The notes beneath the pieces are model-generated. The model was given only the letters and a program-made list of their open reading frames with translations. It was not told where the DNA came from and did no database searches. A stretch of DNA of 63,979 nt, counting the filler, from Stramenopiles sp. TOSAG23-2 (lineage: Eukaryota), in the NCBI GenBank assembly GCA_900128395.1. It is 7 parts of 7 records of this genome, joined end to end, with 100 filler letters (N's around TTAATTAATTAA, not from the genome) between each part and the next. Parts side by side here need not be neighbours in the genome. Positions count along the whole stretch, not along the records: positions 36,911 to 45,997 come from LT650126.1; positions 46,098 to 55,168 come from LT650127.1; positions 55,269 to 63,979 come from LT650171.1; 4 more parts are not named here. One strand, written 5' to 3'. Shown in pieces: positions 45,729 through 55,746 of this stretch. Position 1 is the first letter of the stretch. Every line of letters begins with the position of its first letter. A program made the translations under genes and the position numbers.

Positions 45729-45997
45729 ATTTTGGTGTTGCTCTCCCAAAGTGTATGATATTTTATGCACATATATAAAATTTTATTTTTATTTTTATGT
45801 ACGGAGTAATCATATTTTTATAATTTTAACACACTCTCTTTAAAAAAAATACGAGCGTACGATATAATATGCATATTACACCTTCGAAAACTGCATTATA
45901 TACGTATATACAAGAGAACATTTTATATATATATATACAATCCAATTTATTCTCCGCCTTCCTATGATGCCCATTTTCCATCAGCTATTATGAGTAG

Positions 45998-46097
45998 NNN
46001 NNNNNNNNNNNNNNNNNNNNNNNNNNNNNNNNNNNNNNNNNTTAATTAATTAANNNNNNNNNNNNNNNNNNNNNNNNNNNNNNNNNNNNNNNNNNNN
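45998..46097. other. Artificial contig linker
   Basis: N-TTAATTAATTAA-N spacer. Confidence 0.98.
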
Positions 46098-46350
46098 GCG
46101 CATATATGGTTCCCAATCAATATCATAATTTTAAATTTTAAAAATAATAACAAGCAGCGTCGACAATTTTTATCATATATATATATATATACATTTAAAT
46201 TTATCATAAAAAATTGTAATGAATGCGATATGCATGATGTATGCATTATATTATGCATACTTTTGCATACTTTAAATGATACTCGTATCATAATACGATT
46301 CGTACACCGAAGAGTATGCATACTGTGTACGATTTCGTATTATTTTTTAA

Positions 46351-48081
46351 TCAACCACATTTACCACCCCCACAGCCACCAACAGCAACATAATCTTCTT
46401 TGTTAATAATCTCACTACGTTTCACCTCCATTGTAGTAAATGCTTCAGCATCTGTTGGATGTATCCCAACTAATCTATCAAAATCAGATTTCAATGCACC
46501 TAAACGCAAAGCCAATGAAAATCCTTGTGTAACTTCCCCTGCATTAGGCCCGACAAAATGAAATCCAATCACACGCTCATCTTCACCAATGCAAACTAAT
46601 TTTGCAAAACAATTTGGAGGGATAACATCTAAAGTATCTATTGCATCATCCTTTAATCGCTTCGATGCTTCTATTTCTAAAGTTGTCCATGACCATAAAT
46701 ATGACTCTACAATGTCATCGTTACCATACTTTGCTATAGCATCTTTCTCACTTAACCCAACTGTACCATATTCAAATGGTGTAAATATTGTTGTTGGTAT
46801 GAAATCATAATCCATCATAAATCTATTATTATTGTTATTTGTTTTGTTAAACAAACGATTTGCTAAATATTCTCCTGCTTGTATTGCAACAGGTGTCAAT
46901 TCCGGTTTATTTTCCACTACATCACCAATTGCAAAAATATTTGCAATATTAGTTTGATCATATTCATTTGTAAGTATTTTTCCGTAATTATCATTATTAA
47001 CTTTTATATTTACATTTTCTAATCTTAAATTTTTCGTATCTGCTACTCTACCAGTTGCATATAATACAGTATCAAAAACATCTTCATCGCCATCATTAAA
47101 TATTACTTTTAATTTATGATTATCATCATTACCATCATGATTTTCCAATTTCATAATTTCTTTAGGTACTTTTTCAGATAAAAAATTCACACCCAACGAT
47201 TCCATTAATTCTTTAATTTTTTCCGCACAATCATCATCAAACGTACGTAAAACTTTAGATCGAATTGCAACTGATGTATCATATCCAAACTCATTTAAAA
47301 ACCCTGCACATTCTAATGAGATATAACCACCACCAACACAAAGTGTTTTACCCGGTGCTTTTTCTTTTCTCCAAAATATATCATCGCTTGATATACAATG
47401 TTCAACTGCACCTGGAACATCATCTGGTATATGTGGTCTGCCACCGACAGCAATAACAATATATTGTGCATTTATTTCAGCTACATTATTTTCCTCTTCT
47501 TTTTTTTTAGTATCATCATCATCATCATTGGTAGTAGTAGAAAATGATGAGAATAAATCCAATTTCTTTGGTGGATTATATACAATAGTATTTTCATCTT
47601 TAAACTTTGCCTCTGCATTTATATATTTAACATTGGCACTTCTTAATGACGTTCCATATGAAAAATTCAACGATTTGATATGATTTCCAACGTTATTTAC
47701 AAGTTTATCCCAATTGAATCCTGCTTTCAAACCGGTATTATCATCCCACCCAAAATATTCACCATCTTTTTTCATAGAACCAATAAGTGCTGTATAATGC
47801 ATTAATTTTTTTGGTACGCATCCAACATTTACACAAGTACCACCTAATCCCCATGTTGTATTTTGTGTAGATGGTTTCACATAATCAAACAATACAACCT
47901 TTGCACCATTTCTAGCAGCTTCCTTCGCACACGCCATACCTCCACTACCACCACCTATTACAGCTAAATCGTATTCATATTTATTTTGTAGTGTTGTGAT
48001 TGTTCTACTTGATTGTACACCAGCTGTAATATTTTTGATTTGTTTGGTGAACAATGACGTGATTAATTTGTTTTTATTCAT
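46351..48081 (-). CDS. TrxR: High-Mr thioredoxin reductase, non-selenium CGGGKCG C-terminus, likely mitochondrial presequence
   Basis: GGGSGG FAD motif, CVNVGC redox centre, GIHPTDAE, and C-terminal GCGGGKCG. Confidence 0.93.
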   Translation of the reverse strand: MNKNKLITSLFTKQIKNITAGVQSSRTITTLQNKYEYDLAVIGGGSGGMACAKEAARNGAKVVLFDYVKPSTQNTTWGLGGTCVNVGCVPKKLMHYTALIGSMKKDGEYFGWDDNTGLKAGFNWDKLVNNVGNHIKSLNFSYGTSLRSANVKYINAEAKFKDENTIVYNPPKKLDLFSSFSTTTNDDDDDTKKKEEENNVAEINAQYIVIAVGGRPHIPDDVPGAVEHCISSDDIFWRKEKAPGKTLCVGGGYISLECAGFLNEFGYDTSVAIRSKVLRTFDDDCAEKIKELMESLGVNFLSEKVPKEIMKLENHDGNDDNHKLKVIFNDGDEDVFDTVLYATGRVADTKNLRLENVNIKVNNDNYGKILTNEYDQTNIANIFAIGDVVENKPELTPVAIQAGEYLANRLFNKTNNNNNRFMMDYDFIPTTIFTPFEYGTVGLSEKDAIAKYGNDDIVESYLWSWTTLEIEASKRLKDDAIDTLDVIPPNCFAKLVCIGEDERVIGFHFVGPNAGEVTQGFSLALRLGALKSDFDRLVGIHPTDAEAFTTMEVKRSEIINKEDYVAVGGCGGGKCG

Positions 48082-48785
48082 GTTGTTGTGTTATTGTTGT
48101 TTTATTAATTGATATAAGATACTATTTCTCTCGTTCTCCTTCTCTACAACATTTCCTGCCATGTCATTATGTGTTCTATTTTAAAAAAGAAGTGCTTCAA
48201 TCAATATTTGATAATGCATCAATGGACCATTACATATAATATTGAAATTATTATTGGTGGTGGAATTGTGCAATTCTTCTTCCAGAATTCGCACATGCAA
48301 CACATGCAATGGTGCAATGTATGGAAAAAAACGTGCCGTACTACACTACCAGGTACAGCATTAAACGTGCCGTTCTTCGCACGTTCGGGCGAGAAAAAAT
48401 TTATCAAGTTGGCAAAACATACTTTGTCGTATGTCGTACTTTTTTTCTACAGTCTTCCTATTAAAATTTAGTAGTCTTTAAGCCAAGATACACAAAATGA
48501 AAAAACTCTTTTTGGCCTTTTACTGTACCAGGTACTTTGTTCAGCAGTTTTTTTTTTTTTTCGCTACTATTAGAACTATAGCACTTGCTTATTAAAAAAG
48601 AACTAAAAAATATATTGAAGTACTGTGTATACCACAGTGTCTGAAACTTTTCGTTTGTTCATATATATTATATGTTTATTAATAGTAAGCGCCAACGGGT
48701 ACCAGGTGACAAACCCACTCGTTTGAGTTATATCCATTGCCATTATTATTGCCATTATTATTTGAAAAATTAGAGAGAAAAAATA

Positions 48786-50177
48786 ATGGCATTGTGGAGT
48801 TGGTTCTTGTTGCATGTTCTTTTGTATCCTCTATGTGCTGGAGCAACTGGCTATAATGAAAATTGCATTTTTGAAGTATTTAGTGAGTGCAAACGCTGTA
48901 GTTTCGATTATGGTGCAGATCGATATTACTGTTTGAAAAAATGTTTAAATATATTAAATAAAGATATGGATGGACCTTGCAATAATTTTTACGAAAACAA
49001 ATATGTATATGATGCGTTTGATACATACAATTCCAATTTACAACAAGAGACGGCGTTAAGAACACTTGCAAAACATCGTGGATTATATTTTGGAATGGCG
49101 TTGAATTATGGAAAATTGCATGACCAAAAATACATGAATATTGCATCCAAGCAATTTTCATCCATTACAGCAGAGAATGCATGCAAATGGAGTTATTTAC
49201 AACCAAAAAAAGATTTTCGCAACTATGAAGCGTGTGATAAAATCATTCGCGAATCTGTTAAACACGATCAAGTTGTACGTGGCCATGCATTAAGTTGGGC
49301 TCGATCAACACAAAATCCTAAATGGTTTACTGAGGGTAATTTTACAAAAGAAGAAACAATCGGAATTTTAAAAGATCATATTGACGACGTTCTTCGTTAT
49401 TATGGAACAAATGTATATGTATGGGATGTTGTGAACGAGCCGATATCAGACACAAATAACAAAGTGTTGAAAGTGGGGCACTGGTATCCAAAAATTAAAA
49501 ATTATATTGATATTGCATTTATACAAGCAGCAAAATCAAGAAAACATCCAAATATCAAATTGTTTATCAACGACTACAATGTTGCTTCCTCGCGTGGTTA
49601 CACGGCAAAAAAAGCACAAAAATTATATGATCTAGTTGTTGATATGAAACAAAGGGGCATTCCAATAGATGGTGTTGGGTTTCAGTTACATGTAGATATA
49701 AATTATAGCCTGGTTGATGGGGTAAAGGCAAACATCGAACGGTTTGGAAATATAGGTGTGGATGTTCATATGACAGAAATTGATGTTGGATGCGCCCCCC
49801 GTGAAAGTAAATGTGCGTCAGGTTGGGGAGAAAAACAAGAGCAAATGCAAGCAGAAGTATACGCCGCGTTAATGCGGGTTTGTTTAGATACAGATGCATG
49901 TAAAAGTTATACTATATGGGGAGCAGTTGACAAATATACATGGATTCAAGCAGGGCATAACCCATTGTTATATGACAAAAAGTATCAACCAAAATTGGCT
50001 GTAAAAGCTTTAATGGATACTTTATCAGACAACAATGTATGGGTGAATCGATATTATCAACGTATTAATCGAAAGCCAGTTGCTGATGTGTTGGATGAGA
50101 TATCATCATCCCCATGGAATGATTTTCATGGTGTTGAACAACACGAAAACATATTTGGCATGGAAGACGAACTATGA
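48786..50177 (+). CDS. Glycoside hydrolase family 10 (endo-xylanase-like) with signal peptide and C-terminal EDEL
   Basis: TAENACKW, VRGHAL, WDVVNEP, LFINDYN, IDGVGFQLH, MTEIDV, and IWG..D..TW. Confidence 0.92.
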   Translation: MALWSWFLLHVLLYPLCAGATGYNENCIFEVFSECKRCSFDYGADRYYCLKKCLNILNKDMDGPCNNFYENKYVYDAFDTYNSNLQQETALRTLAKHRGLYFGMALNYGKLHDQKYMNIASKQFSSITAENACKWSYLQPKKDFRNYEACDKIIRESVKHDQVVRGHALSWARSTQNPKWFTEGNFTKEETIGILKDHIDDVLRYYGTNVYVWDVVNEPISDTNNKVLKVGHWYPKIKNYIDIAFIQAAKSRKHPNIKLFINDYNVASSRGYTAKKAQKLYDLVVDMKQRGIPIDGVGFQLHVDINYSLVDGVKANIERFGNIGVDVHMTEIDVGCAPRESKCASGWGEKQEQMQAEVYAALMRVCLDTDACKSYTIWGAVDKYTWIQAGHNPLLYDKKYQPKLAVKALMDTLSDNNVWVNRYYQRINRKPVADVLDEISSSPWNDFHGVEQHENIFGMEDEL

Positions 50178-50544
50178 ATATATATATTATTATATATGCA
50201 TGTACACATCAAATTATGCAAATGTGTTGGCTATCTGAGCAACATGGCTTGCTAAGAAGGCAAGAAGGCTTGCAAAACCTTGGTCGGATCCTCTCTGTGC
50301 TTGATCAAAATAAATGTGATATGAGTATCATAATGTGTAAAGCATTTGTTCAATCAAGTTTTTTAAATTGAAATTATATTTTACAGGGTATAGAATTAAC
50401 ATGTACAAATAATATTAAAAATTAAAGAAGTGCTATAATATTTAATTTAATTTTATACCTCGTAGATATTTAAAATACATTTTTTCATATTTTGACATAA
50501 AGAAGCTCTCTCTTAATTTATTAAACGCCACATTTCTATACTTT

Positions 50545-50820
50545 TTATAAAATGTTACACCCTCCGCTTCTTGATAAAGCCCGGTAATGAAAACATGTTG
50601 GACGATGATGATGATTACCACCACCCCGTCTGATAATTGGACCCCATGGAGCTAGACATCTCCAACAAAATTCATGCCCACATCCCCCAGCTTGACGTTT
50701 ACACGTCATATGGTCGCAACCATTATTTTTTTCAATTGGTGATTTGCATTTAGGACACTTTTTTGTATGCCGATTCAGCCATCGTGTATTTGCGTTAGAG
50801 TATATGTGTGTGTGTGGCAT
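50545..50820 (-). CDS. Isolated RBR E3 ligase RING2/Rcat domain (Ariadne-like), probably a gene fragment
   Basis: WLNRHTKKCPKCKSPIEKNNGCDHMTC...CGHEFCWRCLAPW. Confidence 0.7.
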   Translation of the reverse strand: MPHTHIYSNANTRWLNRHTKKCPKCKSPIEKNNGCDHMTCKRQAGGCGHEFCWRCLAPWGPIIRRGGGNHHHRPTCFHYRALSRSGGCNIL

Positions 50821-50832
50821 AATACATACAAC

Positions 50833-51765
50833 TTACAACCCACTTTTAGATAATTGTAAAATATCTTTTGGATATAAAATAGATGAATGATTGCCACCAC
50901 CAATTAAAGTAGTAAGAATACAATCAGCTACTTCTGTTACACGCAATGGTGGTGCTTGTAACATATCCTTTACATTGTGAATATTATTAATTTCTTTCAT
51001 AATTGCATTTGGCAATGGTGATTGTTTAATAAATGTATCTAAAAAAGTACTTGTTGAAGATGCAGTTTTCAATGCTGCTGCTATTCCCATCGATGCAGGT
51101 CGACTTTCATCATATAAAAAACCTGGGCGTAAAATAATTGGTTCTAATATATGTTGTTTTTCCATAATATATTCTTCTGCTTCACGTTTACTATTTATAT
51201 AATTTTTACTCACACCCGGTGGTGTTGTAAATGCAGAGATAAATACAAATGGTACACGATTATTATTATTTTTATTATTTTCATTACTATTATTTTCCAA
51301 TATACATGTTTCAACAGTATCCACAATTGATATACATACATCTCGATTAATTTGATCATACGTAGTTGTGTTATTATTATTATTATTACCAGCAAATGGA
51401 GATAAGTTTTCCGGTTTTTCTAAAAAAGATTTATATTTTTCATTTTCAAATAATGCACCGACTGAACAAAGCACCGCAAATTTTTCACCTTTAGCAACAC
51501 TTTCTTCTATTGCAGTTTTTAAATTGGAATTATCATGATTATCTTTAGTTACAGATAATGCGGTCCATTCCATACGTTCATTATTTAACCATATATTGTT
51601 GCTATTTTCCATTGTTGCACTTTCAGGCACACCACGTCTAGAAAATGATTGCACGGTACCAATAATTTCTTTCGGCATTTTTACTGCTCTTTCACATATT
51701 GCCCTTCCAACAAAACCACTTCCACCTATAACAAATAATTTCGATATAGTATTATTGGCTGCCAT
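50833..51765 (-). CDS. Atypical SDR/NAD(P)-binding protein, COQ11/NDUFA9-like
   Basis: GGSGFVGRAIC, SRRG, INRD, FVFISA, YINSKREAE, and LRPGFLY. Confidence 0.85.
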   Translation of the reverse strand: MAANNTISKLFVIGGSGFVGRAICERAVKMPKEIIGTVQSFSRRGVPESATMENSNNIWLNNERMEWTALSVTKDNHDNSNLKTAIEESVAKGEKFAVLCSVGALFENEKYKSFLEKPENLSPFAGNNNNNNTTTYDQINRDVCISIVDTVETCILENNSNENNKNNNNRVPFVFISAFTTPPGVSKNYINSKREAEEYIMEKQHILEPIILRPGFLYDESRPASMGIAAALKTASSTSTFLDTFIKQSPLPNAIMKEINNIHNVKDMLQAPPLRVTEVADCILTTLIGGGNHSSILYPKDILQLSKSGL

Positions 51766-52409
51766 GATTATTTTATATTCAATATATATATATATATATT
51801 CGATTATTTCGTAATATATATATATGTATTTATACGATATGATATCAATAATGTAATAGGTGTATACTTATATAAATCTTTTTCCATTTGTATATTCCTT
51901 ATCTTTTATAGTATAAATGCTACTGAAGTTTTAAAATCAATTTGATGATATACATTTTTCTTCAATCGCACCCCGTCACAATCGATGAATACTTATTATC
52001 AGCTATATTGGTGGAATTAATCTCAGTAGTAATCGAATTCCTTTTGAATCCACATACTGTAGCACCATAGTATAGATACAGTATATCTACTAATATTTTT
52101 TTTTTTTAGAATTTTCCTGAAGAACAATTTAAGGGATCCTCCATTTTTTTCTTCTTATCCCGCCCACAATCTAAATCTAAATCTATACAGTACCTGGTAA
52201 ATCTAAATCGCAACACCACAATAAATTAAAAAAATGGCTGTGTATAATTACAATAATACCAGGTATACGGTACATACATAATTAGCAATATTATTATATA
52301 TTATTGTGCATACACATATACATATAATACATAATACAGATAATAATATATAGCAGTTTGTATTTTATTATTCTCTACAGAAATAATTAATACCAACGAG
52401 ATTTTAAAA

Positions 52410-53126
52410 ATGAAGGATACACAAAATAAACATTGGGCGAATGATAAATCAAAATTTGGTTTAAAAATGTTGCAAAAAATGGGATGGAAAGGTGAAGGTT
52501 TAGGAAAAAATCAAGATGGTTTAAAAACACATGTTAAAGTAACTAAACGATCGAATCAATTAGGTTTAGGTACAGAGGATACTGGTAGTAACAACGATCG
52601 TATTGATGCATATGCGGGTCTTAAAAGCTGGCAACGTACAACTTCAAATTTTTCAGACGTACTTGCAAGTTTAAATCAAACACAAAGTGAAGAAGTGAAG
52701 AAAATGAAAAAACATAAAAAGAAAAAGAAGAAAAAAAGTAGTAAAAAAAGTGGTGATAATGATGTAGCTGCTGATAAAAGCACATCTGGTACTTCGTTTA
52801 GGAACATATTTCGCAAACGGGAATTAAAGAATAAAGATATAAGTAGCATGAATTCAAAAGATATTGCATTAATTTTAGGTACAGCCGCTAAAAGTAGTAC
52901 ATCTCCAAAGAAAAAAAAAAGAAAAAAAGAAGAAGTATTAAATAATGAAGAAGATGATAATAATAGTAGTAATAAAAGTAGTAGCAGTAGTAGTAGTGAT
53001 GATGATGATAGTAGTAATAATAATAGTAATGGAAAAAAAAGAAAGAAGAAAAAGCATAAAAAAGAAAAAAAAGCGAAGAAACAGAAAAAAGAAAAGAAGA
53101 GAAAAAAGAAGAAAAGTAAAGAGTGA
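52410..53126 (+). CDS. PINX1: G-patch protein PINX1/Pxr1
   Basis: WANDKSKFGLKMLQKMGWKGEGLGKNQDG...GLG, W...FSDVLASLN, KDIS, and a KKE-rich tail. Confidence 0.85.
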   Translation: MKDTQNKHWANDKSKFGLKMLQKMGWKGEGLGKNQDGLKTHVKVTKRSNQLGLGTEDTGSNNDRIDAYAGLKSWQRTTSNFSDVLASLNQTQSEEVKKMKKHKKKKKKKSSKKSGDNDVAADKSTSGTSFRNIFRKRELKNKDISSMNSKDIALILGTAAKSSTSPKKKKRKKEEVLNNEEDDNNSSNKSSSSSSSDDDDSSNNNSNGKKRKKKKHKKEKKAKKQKKEKKRKKKKSKE

Positions 53127-53503
53127 ACTATATGTGCATATATGTTTTTTTTCTCGGTAATTTCTGTTATCATGATGTACAGAAATTATCGACACATCTT
53201 GTGAAATAGATATTAATATTGGCTCAGTCACTGTATTCTTTTGAGAGTAGGAATTGTCATGAGTAGGAATAAAAAATTAAAAAATTACTCGTACACATTT
53301 ATACTTTTATACGAACCGTATATATTTTTATACGGCGCTTCGTATAATATATAAATATATATATATTTACGAATTCGTAATATATACTCCGTATATAATA
53401 ATATAAAACGTGCGTTTGAGCCATGCCACCCAGTATGATATTATACATATTTACACTGTCCAATTACACACACATCTCTCTCTCTCTCTCTTTCATCTCA
53501 TAA

Positions 53504-54766
53504 TTATTCTGATGCTTTTTCCTCATTAACATCACCATCTCCTACTTTTTCCTTTCCTTCTACTTCTTCCCCTGGTGGTGGCTGATTTAAAATACCATAA
53601 TATTCTTGATTGCTATCAATGCATTCTTTTAATTTAATAGTCTGATCACTACATTCATCAACAAAATCAGAGCTCACGTCGTTACATTTATCAACACAAT
53701 TTTCCCAGTTAATAAATACCTCTCTACACGGACCACCTTTCATAAATTCACAAAAACCACATGTTGGTTTATCACAATAATATGTATCTTCTTTGTCCTC
53801 CTCCATTACCACTGCTGCTTCATCACCATCATCTTCTACTGCTTGTTGTTCTATTTTTTTCCAATGACGATCTGTACACAATGTACCATCCAATAAATAA
53901 TTCATTTTGCTTTTTACACTTTCAACATTCACACGCGTTGCTGAATGTAATTTCCCTTTCTCATCTTTCCACACAGGCAATACACCATTCCATTTAAAAG
54001 TGCTTGATCCTGCAGCTACTTTCAATACACCACGTGCATCTGCACGTTGTAATAATAAATTAGATGCATTTGCATTTGTCGAATCTGAAAAAGATAATGT
54101 CACGTGTGGATATTTATTGCTTGATTGAATATTTCTACTACCATCCTCGTTTTTTACAATTTTACAATATAAAACTTGGGAAGATTCATTTGATACATGT
54201 GCTAATGGTTGCATTGAAAATTCATTGCCTAAAAGTTTATATACTGGTTTCAATTCACCATCACTTGGATTAAAATAAATGGTCAGATGATCGTATCTCT
54301 CATTTGAAAATAATGTTGGAAACTGTTCTTTCAATTTGCGTTTGGTTTCATTGTTTAGATATATTGACACAACGGTTCTTGGTCGATCTTCTGGAATAAC
54401 GGCTGCTGATGCTTCCTCCTCCTTATTATTCTTATCCACCTCCGTTGTTTTCTCACTAGTATCACTTTCAGCGAATACATTATTGTTGCTATTTTTATCA
54501 TAAGTATTGGTCAAAAGTGTTACACCAGTAATTCCACCAATCATTGTTGCTAACAGAATTGAACGATTCATACCAACATTTGTACTCGTAGAAGCAGAAT
54601 TTTGAGATAACATGGATGAAAAATTATACCGACTATGGCTGTTTGTAGGATACGTATTACAATTACCATTGCGTTGCATAACATGTTTTATATTATTACT
54701 TTTCACGTGATTATTACGTGGGAAAATTATTTTTTTTGTTATACGATATAAATTTCTACGCCACAT
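53504..54766 (-). CDS. Mitochondria-targeted protein: presequence, TM, 2H-phosphoesterase-like domain, C-terminal GCK (Mia40-like) domain
   Basis: MWRRNLYR presequence, ILLATMIGGITGVTLL TM, HLTI and HVTL motifs, and CGFCEFMKGGPC...WENC...C...LKEC...EYY. Confidence 0.7.
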   Translation of the reverse strand: MWRRNLYRITKKIIFPRNNHVKSNNIKHVMQRNGNCNTYPTNSHSRYNFSSMLSQNSASTSTNVGMNRSILLATMIGGITGVTLLTNTYDKNSNNNVFAESDTSEKTTEVDKNNKEEEASAAVIPEDRPRTVVSIYLNNETKRKLKEQFPTLFSNERYDHLTIYFNPSDGELKPVYKLLGNEFSMQPLAHVSNESSQVLYCKIVKNEDGSRNIQSSNKYPHVTLSFSDSTNANASNLLLQRADARGVLKVAAGSSTFKWNGVLPVWKDEKGKLHSATRVNVESVKSKMNYLLDGTLCTDRHWKKIEQQAVEDDGDEAAVVMEEDKEDTYYCDKPTCGFCEFMKGGPCREVFINWENCVDKCNDVSSDFVDECSDQTIKLKECIDSNQEYYGILNQPPPGEEVEGKEKVGDGDVNEEKASE

Positions 54767-55168
54767 GTTTTTCTTTTTTACTTCTGTTTAAATTATTATT
54801 ATTATTATTATTACTTGTATTAGCAATATTGATATTGATTTGATCAATTGAAATATGATCGAAACTATTCTATATTATATGTGTATTATCTTTCCTATAT
54901 GTCTATAATATATGACATCTTATTTTTTGTTTATTAAATAAAAATTGTTGTTCGTCGAAAATTACAATAGCAATACATACCAGGTATTCTTATTATTATG
55001 GTGGTAATATTTTTTTCTGGATGGAGCGAGAGCACCTGTTGTGAGATGGCCAGATGGCGGACTGTGCACAACCACAGCGGGAAACTTAAGAGAATATACA
55101 TATATCCCATGGACAGAGATGCCGCGACGTTCACGTTTTTGGTTGTTGTATGTTGCTTTTTCCACAGG

Positions 55169-55268
55169 NNNNNNNNNNNNNNNNNNNNNNNNNNNNNNNN
55201 NNNNNNNNNNNNTTAATTAATTAANNNNNNNNNNNNNNNNNNNNNNNNNNNNNNNNNNNNNNNNNNNN
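55169..55268. other. Artificial contig linker
   Basis: N-TTAATTAATTAA-N spacer. Confidence 0.98.
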
Positions 55269-55420
55269 TGTGTCCATACTACGACATAACATCGCACGAA
55301 ATCACCCCGGCGGCAGAGCTTATCTGTTATGCACTTATGGGTCATATGTATGATACCCGTACGACGTACGTACGAGTATATGATAGGCTCGTATGTAATG
55401 ATATGATATTAAAATGTATG

Positions 55421-55746
55421 ATACACACAAATAATTTAATTATATTAAACCCTCTTCATCATCATCATCTTCACTTGTCGATTGTTGAACAACATCGTTA
55501 AAGTCTTGTGGAGAAAACAATGCTTTCTCAGCTTGCTGTAATGCACGTTTTGAATATTCAGATAAAAAACTTAATGTTGCATTATACACACAAATAATTT
55601 AATTATATTAAACCCTCTTCATCATCATCATCTTCACTTGTCGATTGTTGAACAACATCGTTAAAGTCTTGTGGAGAAAACAATGCTTTCTCAGCTTGCT
55701 GTAATGCACGTTTTGAATATTCAGATAAAAAACTTAATGTTGCATT
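55421..55746. repeat. Perfect tandem duplication, 163-bp unit x2, copying the 3' end of the 792-aa gene
   Basis: ATACACACAAATAATTTAATTATATTAAACCC occurs at 55421 and 55584. Confidence 0.9.

Noticed and set aside
46351..46353. TrxR terminal TGA as selenocysteine
   Set aside because: CGGGKCG is a complete known terminus, and the downstream hairpin lacks a SECIS core.
48505..48535. GCCTTTTACT resembling U5 snRNA loop I
   Set aside because: There is no flanking complementary stem or properly placed Sm site.
50770..50836. GTAAGT at the COQ11-like stop splicing to the RING2 ORF
   Set aside because: The first available AG gives the wrong frame, and RBR similarity extends upstream of it.
9149..55268. 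Periodic TTAATTAATTAA palindromes about every 9.2 kb
   Set aside because: They are artificial six-frame-stop linkers within N runs, so adjacency across them is meaningless.
9651..55746. Five near-perfect 108-163 bp tandem duplications (9651, 16216, 16980, 33183, 55421) as a biological duplication mechanism or CRISPR-like array
   Set aside because: There are only two copies each, no spacers, read-length sizes and mostly adjacent low-complexity tracts. Unmerged contig overlaps are the simpler explanation, and read depth would settle it.
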